A DNA stretch of 63,897 nt, counting the filler, from Reticulomyxa filosa (Eukaryota > Protista > Foraminifera), in NCBI GenBank assembly GCA_000512085.1. It is 12 parts of 12 records of this genome, joined end to end, with 100 filler letters (N's around TTAATTAATTAA, not from the genome) between each part and the next. Parts side by side here need not be neighbours in the genome. Positions count along the whole stretch, not along the records: positions 49,411 to 56,235 come from ASPP01000439.1; positions 56,336 to 59,055 come from ASPP01009392.1; positions 59,156 to 62,332 come from ASPP01026761.1; positions 62,433 to 63,897 come from ASPP01035526.1; 8 more parts are not named here. One strand, given 5' to 3'. Below are positions 50,430-62,960 of the stretch, piece after piece. Every line of letters starts with the position of its first letter. Position 1 is the first letter of the stretch. A program made the translations under genes and the position numbers. The notes beneath the pieces are model-generated. The model ran no database searches. It was not told the origin of the DNA and saw only the letters and a list, made by a program, of their open reading frames with translations.

Positions 50430-51561
50430 ATGTCCGAAGCTGAAGGTGAAACGGTTGTTGAAACCAAAGAGGACGTAGGCACAAAAAAAAGTGATAAAGG
50501 CCAGACCAAAAGACAAACAACGAAGCATGTTTGACTTTGAGTTGATTTTACATAATGGAGAAAATAAATTGACGATTCGAGGTCGAGATATCTATTCAAA
50601 GAGATTATTTGTCGCGACTTTTAACCAAGAGAAGTTAATTCTGTGTGGATTCCACCCGAAACAAACATTGCCACAAATTATTGAAATTTTGGAGGTTGCG
50701 ATCAATGAAACGGATGTCAAGGCCATAAAATTGTCAATCGGTTTGCAAAACAATAGAAAACAATCTTTTTTTTTTTATACGTTATCCCTATCTCTTATAT
50801 GCAGAAAACAGAGTGAGTCAAAAAAAAAAGGTTTTACTACTGGCAATGAGGTTAATCTGCGAAGTGAGTATCAAAGTGGAGACAAATTGTGTTTAGGTAT
50901 TGAACACAATGTCCAGTTATATAAAATGTCATATGGCCTGTTATTAAGTGAAATTTCACAAACAGAAGTACAGTTATTGCAAGAGATTGTAAAAGATTTA
51001 CGAGTTGAAAATCAACAATTGCGAGAAGAAGTGACGAAAACCACAAACGATTTTCACAAATTCAAAGAAGAAAGTCAAAAGCAAAAAAATTGGAAATTGG
51101 TCATTGGAATTCAAGTTCAAACAGTGGGGATTATCGGTATGTTTCTCTTGCATTCAATTCCTTTCTTTAGGAGTAAGACAATCTTTGAAAAAGTTGGAGT
51201 TATACATATCCAATGCATATATTCCAACAGATTATGGAACGTATGCATACTTAATACGGCAGCTGATACTTTTGAGCTCCAAAGTAATCAAAAAGATTTG
51301 ACCATAAAAAAGGCAGGAGTTTATCGTCTTCAAGCGAGTGTTTCTACGTATGGGCAAACAAACAAATCTGCGCAATTGCAAATCAATGGTGGCGTTGTCG
51401 CTATGGGTTACTCATATACTTCCGGAACGAATGAATATCAACAAATCACGTTGAATCACGTAGCGCGATTGCAAGTTAACGCTGTGGTCGCAGTGTATAC
51501 ATATCAAGCCCACAATACTCAAACCTGCAATTCTCTGATAATTGAACGTTTGAGCGACTGA
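50430..51561 (+). CDS. CCDC61/SAS-6/XRCC4-like head + short coiled coil + C1q/TNF(BclA-C)-like jelly-roll domain protein (introns likely)
   Basis: Head: KLTIRGRDIYSKRLFVATFNQEKL..IIEILEVAI..IKLSI..KLCLGIEHNVQLYKMSYGLLL..EVQLLQEIVKDLRVENQQL. Tail: LTIKKAGVYRLQASV..AQLQINGGVV..QITLNHVARLQVNAVVAV..SLIIERL. Confidence 0.6.
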
Positions 51562-52868
51562 AGTCAGACGCATCACTGAAAATATTTTTAACATTTGTTA
51601 TCGAAAAATTAGTGAATTTACTTTTAGTGTTACACATTGTTAAATTATCTGAATGTTTTGTTTTACTGATATGAACTCGCTTGAGTTGCAATTTTATTAT
51701 TAAAGAATATCCACAGATCTGTCTGTTGCCTTTTTTGAATACAAATTGGAGTCTTTTTCCCTGAGAACAATGAAGCAAGCCTTAACTCGAAAAGCTGTAT
51801 CCAATATTTGGATAGATGAATTTCCTCACAAAAACATTTATCATTGGCACATTTTGTCACTTAAAGTTTTTTTAACTCAAATATGTTGACACAATTTAAT
51901 ATTTAATATTTTTGACGTTTTCAACCGAATTTACAAAAAATCAAAAGCATAGTTGCTCAACACAATGCGAATACAGAAAAGCAAGCAATCGTCACACGTC
52001 AATGATTGATTTTTTTAACTTCTTGAAATGTCTTCAATAAAAAAGCGATATTCCTTGTCGTTTTAAAAAAAAAAACGTTATTGTTGAACTTGGTTGTTTA
52101 TAGTTTTATTTTTCTACCGCTCCCCTGAATTCATCCACACAAATTCTTTATCTCTTGTGTTTGGCAACAATAAGATAATGTCAGAAATTATTAAATGTTA
52201 AGAACATCATAGTCAAAGTTGTAACAAAATAAAAGACTACCTAAGTGAAGTTAGCATAATGAATTAAATATTCCAACAAGGAACAAAAATAGCAAAAATA
52301 AAATAATTGCCATCAAGTTAAATGCAAAAATTTTTCAAAATAAACAAAGTTAAATAATAAAGTTATTGTATCAAAATTGAAGAAGAGAATGTTAAAATTA
52401 AATTAAAAGAAGAAATATTGGAGTCGTCATGACTCTCTGATATTGTAAAGATCCATTACATTAGTAATTACAGGGAAATGAAACGTATTTTGAAAATTGA
52501 ACATTGCATATGTTTTTGAAAGGTTTTAAAAATGTTAATCTTCCAAAGGAAGTTGATTTTCTTTGTTAAATGCCATTTTTGTGTTTCAGAATTTTATTAC
52601 TTTTGACTGACGAATTTATTCTTTTTCAGTTGTACCTTTTTTTCAATTTTTCTGTTTCTTGAGTTGATGATAGCAATAAATACACTTGAAGTGAATAGAT
52701 TGCTCTTCCTTTTTCTTTTTATTGAACTTTACACGACCAATTACATCAATAACCAAATCTAAAAAAACTTCCAGTTTTTAAAAATAGATGCCTTGTTTTG
52801 ACGTGTGTCAACTCAAAGTATGCGAAATATGTAGTCGAATATCAACACATTATCTGCGTTGTGTAATG

Positions 52869-54983
52869 TTACCCCTCTATATTTTGGCACGATGTTAAAA
52901 AATTAACTCCAGTTAAGGCAGTTTTTTTTTTGTCAAGAATGGCATGACTGACGCCAGATTTGATAAAATATTTTGGCGCAAGATTTGATCTTGCAAAAAT
53001 ACAATAATAAGAGAAACTTGGAAAAACAAAAAACGCACAAACATTAAAAAAATTGCGGTTGTTGTGATTAAGCATAAAAAGACTAAAAAGAAAGGTTCAC
53101 AAATAAAGTGTTTTGGCTTTACACAAAAGTTTTGGTGGAGTGGAAGAATGTTTGGTAATTTCGACAAGGGCCGGAAAGGAGACATGAAGCACAGTCTTTT
53201 CACGTTGAGCATATTTTCAGTGCCTGCTTCGGTTTTCGCGACCGTTTCAGTTTCAGCTTCAGCTTCAGCCTCAGTTTCGGCCTCGGACCATTCAGATACA
53301 TTTTCTTGCGTATTGGAATGTTCAAACTCCAAAGGATACAAAAGCAGCGTTGTTTCGTTCGTTTCGCTGCACAAAATATACCAAATGACTTCACAACACT
53401 TGGCAATGAATAGTTTGGTCGCCCGTTCCACTTCGTTGCCTCTGTGTACAGATACATAAATATATTACATGTATTTGATCGAACTTGAATTTGAATTTTG
53501 CAATCGCAATCGCAATTGAAATTGGAATTGAATTGTTTTATATTATCTCAACAAAACTGTTGCAAAGTGCTGGAATACTCAAAGTAAAGCCACACAATGT
53601 CATTATAGATTTCATTGACAATGTCATGACACAACCTCGAGGCTTCCTCTTCCCCACTCTTTACATAATTTTTTTCAAACTCGACAAATGCGAAATAATC
53701 TTTTTTCTCTTCGTCCACACGATCATATTTCATTTTTTTTTAAAAAAAAAGGGGGGGGGGGAAAAAACAACATATTTTGAAAAGGTCTTGGAACGGGATT
53801 GCAGTAGTAATAGAACAAGTAAGTATAGTATATAGTATCAAATTATGTAACAATAATAAAATAACAAGGACCTTTGTTATTTGTGTGAAATAAACTATTT
53901 TTTTATTTGTTTGTTAGTTTTTTTTTTTTTGCGTTCCTTCAAAAATGTTTGCTTTTTCACGAATCATCACATAATAGGATGTCATTACGGTTTCAAATAG
54001 AATCTCTTTCACCAAGCAAACATTTTTCACAGTCATTGCTCCTATCCATGCTTCAAATGCCAATTTTTTTTAAAAAAATTTTAAATTGAAAGAAATTTGT
54101 TTTAAATAATGATTTTTTTGTTTGTTTGTTTCCTTCCCTCCCTTTCATTCATTCTCGCAACTGATTGCTCCGCTATTTCGCAATCTACGTTTCTTCTCAA
54201 AAAAAAACAAAAACAAACAAACCAACCGCGGTATATTCTCCTTGAAAAATGCTGGAAAATTCAAGAGCAATATCAGCGTGTCCAGGGATGGAAGAGGAGG
54301 AAGTGGCAAGAGTACGTTGCGGGTCACGAAGAGCCAAAGAATGCGCGGATGCGGCGGGCGACGAAAAAGACGGAACATACAATTTCTTATTAAAATCCTG
54401 ATAGCATTTTTCCATCACTGCTCGTTTCATTGCTCTGTTCGTTTGTCTCATTCGTTCCCTTTTTTTTTTTTTTTTTTAATTGTTAATATTTTAATGTCAA
54501 TTCAAAAAAATTCAAAAAAAAAAAAACCTAGAGTTCAGGTAAGGTCAGCTTATTGTCAGAAACACCATTTTGTCCAAGGCTGATACGCCTTCGTAAGTTG
54601 TGGTCTAAATTGGTCTTGATTTTGGACGCGTTTTCTTTGACTGATTTTGCAATCGACTCTTTCTTTTTTGACAGATATTCGTTGGATTGGGCAGACCATT
54701 CGCTCCATTTGGATTTGAGCGAATCCATTCGACCCAATTTTGCACCCGTCTTTTTTGTGTTGTCTTCTTTCTTTTCGTCGTCTCCATTTTTGTCTGTCTT
54801 TTCTCCCTTTGCGCTCGTGTTCGCTTCGCTCGTCTTGTCCTGCTCTTTTGTTGCGTCTGTCTTTGTGCCGTCTTCGTTTGGAGTGTGCAGGTCCACTTCG
54901 TCGTCGGACATATCCGGAGATGATGGAGGGGCGGGGTCAATCGACGCCGAGGCATTTCTTCCTTTTGAGTCCAATAAATCCAT
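52869..54983 (-). CDS. Multi-exon protein with disordered N-terminus and MIEAP-like C-terminal domain
   Basis: Start MDLLDSKG. Internal exons KEILFETVMTSYYVMIREKANIF and KLFIAKCCEVIWYILCS..LLLYP are paralogous to 56420-57442. Confidence 0.6.
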
Positions 54984-55441
54984 TTTAAACAAAGTTTCGT
55001 TCCTTACGCACACAATTCAAGCAAATGACTATCTATTTAAATTATTTTTTTTTTTGAGCAACTTAAAAAAATGCTTTCCACTATTTCTCTTTAAAGAAAT
55101 CTGATCTCTACAACGTGTTCTCTCACGTACAAAGATTTCCACCGGAATTTCTCACTTTATTATAACTTTTTTATTTTATTTTCACTTAGAAGAACAATTT
55201 CTTTTTATGTAATTTTTCGTGATTGTGAATTTTAAAAAAGAAGGAAAAAAACAGCCTTCTAGTGAACTGAAGAAAAATCAAACATCAGTTGTTACATCTA
55301 GCTGTTTCTTTCTCTTGAACTCTGCGGTGCAAGGGACTCTTACTTCTGCCTTTGGAAAGTGTTGTTCATTTCTTTTGAAATACAATTTCCAGCAGTTCGT
55401 TATTCTTGCAATAATCCCTTTATTGAGAGCATTACCAAGCA

Positions 55442-56235
55442 ATGGAAACGTCTTCTCCTGTGATCAGGTATCTTGTTGTTGTAATCGTGTTCCTCTAAAC
55501 AAATTTATGCCAACACAAATAATCTAAATCTTTGTTACAAAACAGATCACAAGGCCACCCGCAAGAAACGGGAAAAAAGAGATCATCCACATGTTCAAAT
55601 TGCAAGATCTCATTCAACTTAATGAAGCGAAAGCATCATTGCCACCAATGGTACAAAAGAAGTAGCTGCTTGATTTTTTTTTTTTGCTCATTATTGTTGT
55701 CGCTGTATACAAACACAGCGACGTCAAACAAACAAATTTTTAAAAAACCAAAAAATTAGCGAAAGGGTACTGTGTTCGAACTGCCTACCCAATAAAATGA
55801 ATGGAGAGCATGTGTGTGCAGAATGTGTCATCTTTACAGATGTAATTGCGCAAGCATTAGCAGAGGGTTTTGAAGTGACGTTTTTTTTTTTTTGTGTCCA
55901 CAATTTTTTTTTTTTGTCAAAAAAAAATAATAATAAAATAAATAAATAAAGGACGTATTTTGGATTCATGATGAAACGAACAATTTGTGGGAACCAGTAC
56001 AAGTAATAGAAACAGAACCAGTGAGTCCAAACGAAAATGAAGCAGATAAAAACGTAGTGATTATTCGCGTGAACGGTGCCAATTATGGTGCCGCCGATCG
56101 ATCACGTTTGTTTAAGAAACCACAATCAATGACCAAAGCGCAAATACAAGAAACAATCAAACATATTGTCAGGACTTATATTAGTCTTTCCAAAGAATCT
56201 GGCGTTAATATTTCTCTTTCTTTTTTTTTTTTTTT
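55442..56235 (+). CDS. FYVE-type zinc-finger protein, 5' part
   Basis: Spliced METSSPVIR/SQ..CSNCKISFNLMKRKHHCHQC/ERVLCSNC..HVCAEC: 8 Cys and RKHHC, but no WxxD motif. Confidence 0.85.
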
Positions 56236-56419
56236 NNNNNNNNNNNNNNNNNNNNNNNNNNNNNNNNNNNNNNNNNNNNTTAATTAATTAANNNNNNNNN
56301 NNNNNNNNNNNNNNNNNNNNNNNNNNNNNNNNNNNTTTTTTTTTTTTTTTTTAAAAAAAAAAAAGGGAGAAAAAAACATAAATGTTATGAAAAGAAGTAT
56401 AAATGGTCATAACAATAGA

Positions 56420-57442
56420 TTCATCAAGAATTAAACGTAAAATTGTCAATAAAGTATCCCAAGTCAAGTGAAAGCGAGACCTATCACGAACTGTTCATTG
56501 ATTACATTGCTTACGAATTTCTCTATTTTGTTATGGTTCAGTGTTACAGCCAAATGAACGAAAGAAAAAATTTGTTTGTCAAAGCCGCTGCGGAATTGCT
56601 GCAAGTTTTTTTTTGTTATTTATTTTGTTTTGCTATTGTATTTTTATTTTATGTTGATTGGTATGATGTCACAACAGATGTCACCTCAAGCGGCTGGTAT
56701 CATGGTCTCTGGAGGTATGCAACGGTATTGGAAAGAATACATTAAACACTCACACGGAGATGGCGACAACCAAACTGTAGAAAATAAAAGCAATACAGAG
56801 CAAGAACCGTCTTTGGTCACAAGTCAATTTTCACGGACCAATATCGACGATCTCATTGTTCGGACGATCCACACTGCTGTTGCCAATTATGCGGATTGGA
56901 CGTTCTTAAGCGAGTTTCGATATATAATATATACATACAGTTTTTTTTTTTCCTCCCCTCTCCCCTCCTCGTCTGCTCCTCTTCGATGGGACTTTTAACC
57001 ACGACCAAAAAAAAAAAAATAAAAATAATAATAATAACAACAAAGATCCCAAACTCATGATGCACTGGAGAAATTTGTGGCCAAGTGCTGTGAAATATGC
57101 TGGCTTATGATATTGATGAAACCTGTCCCGTTAATATTCTATCCAAACAATCCTGATGACAGACAAGTGAATGAGCCTGTGCCGATGGACAAAGAGTCCT
57201 TGCATAAAAAATTGTCCTTTGTCTATGGCTCCGTCGATACTTGCAACAATGTCTTGTATTATGCCATCCCTGCCCTTGTTGTTGATGGGCATCACGAAGT
57301 ACTGTCCCCTCCAACCGCATTTACACATCAAGATGAAGCTGTGATCGACGCAATTTCACGCTTTTTGAAAAATCCGCACAAAACTGGCGTTCAAAGTTTG
57401 CAAGAGATCGTACAAAGTAATGACGCCGTCAGCGAGCCTTGA
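56420..57442 (+). CDS. 3' part of a protein with MIEAP-like C-terminal domain (possibly continues the FYVE gene across the spacer)
   Basis: YEFLYFVMVQCYSQMNERKNLF; ALEKFVAKCCEICWLMILMKPVPLIFYP; VLYYAIPALV. Confidence 0.6.
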
Positions 57443-57854
57443 CGTGTTTGATGATTGTAAAAGGAACGGGAGAAGAAAAAAAGTTATATGTTTTTCGTTG
57501 TTACATTGAATGAAATCCGACATTTTTCTTTCTTTTTTTTGGTTTCAATTCTTTTTTTGTGCATGTGCGATGAACGAATTGTCTTCGAGTTTATTTTTGC
57601 TTGAAATCTTTTTATTGCCAAATTCGAAGGAGGGAGAGGGGATCATAACAGTGAGAATTCATTCCGTGTCGAGTTTGACGTTAATGTTTCAACAACAAAA
57701 GCATCGCAATATTAACACGCCACCAACAAAAGAAAAAAAAAGTCACACAAGCATTCTTGGAGTTTTTTAATACAATATTTGGGCTGCCAAGAAACAACCA
57801 CCAAAGAACTCAAACAAAAATACTGCTTTTCCACAAAAAAAAAGCTTGACAAAC

Positions 57855-59020
57855 TCAAAACTTTTTCAGATGTTTGACCGTATTATCTCTGCTGACAATA
57901 ATGGAGTTGAGCACAATCACTCCAGCCAACTTTCCTTTGGAAGATATTAAATCCAAAGTATCTCTTTGCAATTTGTTCAACTCCAAAGGCAAATGAAATT
58001 CAGCTTGCCCAATTAATTTATCTCTTAGCAATTTGTTGTGATCGTATACTTGCACGAGAGCCTCTGTTTGCAAACATCAAATAAACAGAATAAAAAAAAA
58101 GATTAAATATGCCCAAAGTGATTGATATAACAGCAAAGACAAAACTTTTGTTAGGGTCAGGTCTAAAGTTTTTGAAAGTGATCATTTCGTTCCACTCAGG
58201 ATGTTCATTTCTGGTCACTGTATGAGTCGACAGTCGGGCGCTGCCCACTTGAACAACAGCATAAGAGCCAGGATGCCTTAATTGGATCCCGGCGACGACT
58301 TTAACTTTGAGATAGCCCCTTTCTTCGGCATGATGCCCTCCACCTCCTCGGTTGACCTTTTCTCGGAATGTGATGGTCAATGGTGGATGTTTTGCAGCAG
58401 ATTTGACAGTGTCACGAACAGCATCATAAGACAATCCGGCCACCCAGACATCATTGATCGAAATAATCAAACTGCCAGGATCTACATGTGCCTTTGCAAT
58501 TTCACTCATGCAACGAGTGACAATGCAATTTTTGCCATCAGGATCCGGACTCAGTTCCATTCCCAACACAGACTCTGTGAAAACCACTTCATAATCAAAT
58601 TCGTCTGGAAGAGGATTGGTGACTTTGGCTGCTTTTTTGGACACATTCAACGGTTTGTTCGGCGCGCCATTGGAATGATCTCCTTTTTTCGATATAACCA
58701 TGGCATAATATTCATCCGGTGGAGGTGGAGCAGGTACAGTCGATTCTTGCTTATTTGAAGCGGAGCCTCCATCTACAAGTCCGCTATCTTTATATTCATG
58801 ATGCATCGACGACTCATTATTGTTTTGGCCTAGGAACGACTCTTGCATTGACAACAAGTCATACGCAGCAGGTGCACTTGGCGCAGCTAATTCGGGTTGA
58901 ACCGGTGCATGAGCGTCATTTGATAGTGGGCTGGGCTCTTTCTTTACATCTTGTTTTGGCTGTTGTTTGACTTCATTCGGGGAATTGTTCACTTGCAATT
59001 GCGATCCTGACAATGCCGTT
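57855..59020 (-). CDS. PDZ + C2 domain protein (5' partial)
   Basis: PDZ: YEVVFTESVLGMEL..PGSLIISINDVWVAGLSYDAV..PLTITFR. C2: GYLKVKVVAG..YAVVQVG..THTV..HPEWNEMITF / VQVYDHNKLLRDKLIGQAEF. Confidence 0.88.
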
Positions 59021-59024
59021 TGCT

Positions 59025-59055
<31 letters not shown>

Positions 59056-59155
59056 NNNNNNNNNNNNNNNNNNNNNNNNNNNNNNNNNNNNNNNNNNNNT
59101 TAATTAATTAANNNNNNNNNNNNNNNNNNNNNNNNNNNNNNNNNNNNNNNNNNNN

Positions 59156-59193
<38 letters not shown>

Positions 59194-59208
59194 GCTTGGG
59201 TAGTAACG

Positions 59209-61525
59209 ATGCCAATGGCTCCTTATGGCAAAGTGTTGAAGTGGATAAACCCGGAATCGAAGAACCGGAGTACAAAAGAACAGTATTTTGCAATCCACGG
59301 CCGATGGCTCTCTCGGTATGGCAATGCGAAGAATGCGCAGTGCGATCAAAGACTTGACCTGACAAAGACACCGATCTGGGTGGACGAGTCGGAGATCAAC
59401 AAGCCCGTGGTCGTGGCCATCGGTCCGAATAACAATGACGGAATAAGATTGGAATTTGATCAGTATGACGAAGCGAAAGAATGGACAGAAAGGTTGCGCC
59501 AAAGCGGACAGTACTACCGATCATTGGATCCGAACCTTTCGCCAGAAGCGCCATACCCATTACTCGACAGAGACTTGGAAATGGAAGCGCACCATTTTGA
59601 TAAGGCGAAGCACTTGGGATGGGCATCGAAGCGCAAAGCACATTTGATGTTGGGATGGGACCGGCGCTATTTCATCATCCACAACAACGTATTGTATTAC
59701 TTGAGCAAAGAGCCGCAAAAAATGATATCGAATAATAACAACAACAAAACCAAATCCTCCAAATACAGCGCCAGCGGAGGCTTCCGAATTAGCGAAGTCG
59801 ACGCTTGTGTCGACGAAGATGGGGTTCGTAGTGGACAACAACACTGTCTGCTCTTGTACCATTTCGACAGAACAATTTTCATCAAATTCGAAGAGCGATG
59901 GCCGTTGTTGGAATGCTACAAGATATTCCACAGGGACATCAAATGGGTAGACTTTAGTACACCACAGCCAACATTCACCTCGAAGAAACGCGAGGCCGAA
60001 AATATCGACGTGCTGTTGGCCAACGAACAAAAGGCCAAGCAACACAAAGTCCGTCGCAGCGAACGCAAAGCCCAACGCGAACAAAAAAACGCAAACGGCA
60101 CGAGCAATCTGCGTCTCAGTGCGAGAACTAGTCTTGGAGGAGCGAGCGATGTTTCCAATGATGATATCGACGATGCCAAAGACAATAATAATAATAATAA
60201 TAATAATAATAGTAATAGCAATAATAACAATAATAATAATAAGCCCTCTCATGGAGAACGCCGGTCTAGTCAACGCTCCACCAAAAGTGCGCCTCCTGCG
60301 GCTATCGATCCTAAACTTCAACACAACGGCGGCGGCGGCGGTCGTGACAATTACACAGAACAAGATGACGACGACGAAGAGTCCTTGAAAATGACAGTCA
60401 TCGACGCTCCTCCCCATGATCATGATCATGATCATGACCATGATCATGACAATGACAATGACAATGACAATGATTATCATGATCGTCATGATCATCGTGA
60501 TAAGCGAGACAATCTTCATCATTCCACTGACAACGACCTGAAAAAAGCTGACCCCATCCCCGAACCATATGGAACTCCGAAGCCTTTGCCAAATACCTTG
60601 GTGCAGCCCATGGCTTTGGCTGATGATAGCAAAATCGAAATGGAGTTTAACAATCTTCCAAAAAGAAAGGATTCAGGTTTGTGCATTTATTATTTCCAAC
60701 TTTTTTTTTTTTTTTTTTTGGGAAGGGGATACTTTTTGAACTTTAAAAAAAAAAAAAAAAAAAGAAATAAAATGAAGTTGAAACTATATCGTACATATTT
60801 CGTGTTGTTATGTATATAATGTGGTGTTTTTTTTTTTTTTAGAGGATTCACTAAATATGGATATTGACCATCTTGAAACTTCCAATCATTATTCCGGAGC
60901 ATCTATGTCCAACACATATGCGAAACATTTGAGCGACAAGGACAAGCTGCACTACAAGAAAGAAACGCTAAGCGTGAACAACTTCCGCTCCGAAAACAGC
61001 AAAACCGAAACCATACCCATAACGAAGCCGCGCAGGGAAGACAGCACACCCGTGTCTCCTCCCAACAATATTGCCACGGTTGTTCGCAAACACGAAATGG
61101 AATCGTTGGATCTGAACAACATCACCATGTTTACGATTCCGGAGGCCAAGAACGAAGACACAAAGACGTCAGGACCGGCAACGACAACGGCGACGACGGC
61201 AACGACGGCAACGACGGCAACGACGATGACGACGGCAGTGGCAGTAGTGGCAACGACAGCGGACGGAGACAACGATTCGGACGAGCTTCGGTCGGATGAT
61301 GAGAAGGACGATATTGAAGGAGCACGCGCCGCAAATATACCCAAACACAAGAGAAGACGACCTCAAAAACAAAATGCATCTCAGTTTTCTACAGACCCTT
61401 CGGCTGGCAAGAACACTGAGAAAGCGACAAAGACTTCCAATGAAAACAATGACAATGATAATAACAATGATGACGATGCCAATGGCAAACATGTGAGTAA
61501 CAAATCCACAAGCAATAACAATAAC

Positions 61526-61560
<35 letters not shown>

Positions 61561-62250
61561 GGGCAATAACATAGGTAATATAAACACTCACAATGCTAAT
61601 AATAGCAACTCGGCTGCTCGTTTCAAAAAACTCACGAAATCCCCTCAGAATCGGGCAGTGACGTTTTCTTTGGAAACCAAAAACTTCCCGCCCTTAAACG
61701 TCGGCATGTCTTCTCCCTCCTCTTCTGCAAAGTACGTACCGAAGCGCAATGAAAGCAACAACGATGTCGCTGAACACGAACTCAGAGAAGTGTCCGTGGT
61801 ATTGGGAGCTGCCATTGACAGATTCGGCTCACTGCCTGACGTGGAGCCAGTTCTCGCTCAGAACGACGAAGAAACTGTCAAAAACACAGTCTACAATAAC
61901 AAACTATCCAGTGAACAGCCAAACATACCTCGTCAAAAGAAAATATCGCCCAGAAAAAAAATTCGTGAAATGACACCAGATGATGAAAATGAAGTTATGA
62001 TATTTTTATATTGATTGCGGTAAAAAAAAAGTAACATTAGCAAAATAACGTTAATGCAAACACTACATATTTTTCGTGCCACAGACTGACGACAGTGAAG
62101 ACGACATGTTATATGAACAACGACATACTATTGTAGATAATTGGTTGAAACAAAATCAAGCAGCGAACAAAAACTCAAAAATAGAACATCTCCACGCTCA
62201 CCACCATCAGGAAAAAAGCTTCCACCTCTTCCTCAATATCAAAAAGTAAC
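59209..62250 (+). CDS. Tandem PH-domain protein with long Asn/Asp/His-rich low-complexity region (partial, multi-exon)
   Basis: PH1: YGKVLKW..QYFAIHGRWLSRY..EAKEWTERL. PH2: HLGWASKRKAHLMLGWDRRYFIIHNNVLYY. Introns at ~60677-60842 and ~61994-62084. Confidence 0.8.
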
Positions 62251-62432
62251 ATGTCTCTCCGATCAGACCCTTCAGTTTGTATTTTTAATTTTTTTTTTTT
62301 TTTTTTTTTTGGTTTTTTCCCCTTTTGCATCANNNNNNNNNNNNNNNNNNNNNNNNNNNNNNNNNNNNNNNNNNNNTTAATTAATTAANNNNNNNNNNNN
62401 NNNNNNNNNNNNNNNNNNNNNNNNNNNNNNNN

Positions 62433-62960
62433 TTGTTCGATGTTCATAATCAAATACACATTCATAATCTTTCCATTTTCCATTCCATAACATACACACT
62501 CTTTCTGGAATAAGAAATCTTGTTTTATATCTATTTAAAGTGATTGGTTATATTATTTATATATTTATATCATTTGTTTTATTAACAACAAAACAAGCAC
62601 ACAAAAATACATTTTTTGTAGCTTAATTGCTGATTGATAACATTTCCACAGATGTAATAATTGAATGTGATCATATTGATAATACCAATTATCATCATTT
62701 CTTTTTTTGAATTCAATGACTTGTAACCATATTTTTATATCCGCAAATATTTTTTCCAAATCTGCGCCTAATGTATGACATTTCTGAAATAAATAGTTGT
62801 ATAAAGCTTGTTCGTTGATTTGACGATATTTGATATGTTTGGGATATTTCAAAATATTCCATAAAATATGCAAACACATTTCTCGAGATATTTTTATTTC
62901 ATTTTCTTCTTTCAGCCTATTACAATAATTTTTTGTTTTACTCTACAGTAATGCGCACAT
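62433..62960 (-). pseudogene. PUB-like domain gene of an expanded family, with an in-frame stop near the start
   Basis: MCALL*SKTKNYCNRLKEENEIKISREMCLHILWNILKYPKHIKYRQI (PUB NILxxPxxxKYRxI motif). TAG at codon 6; could alternatively start at 62879. Confidence 0.6.

Noticed and set aside
59560-61591. Hydrophobic minus-strand ORFs (poly-I/L/V) that look like membrane proteins; similar cases at 14216-14770, 29622-29981 and 40465-41100
   Set aside because: Antisense readings of Asn/Asp/Thr/Glu codon repeats in the real genes.
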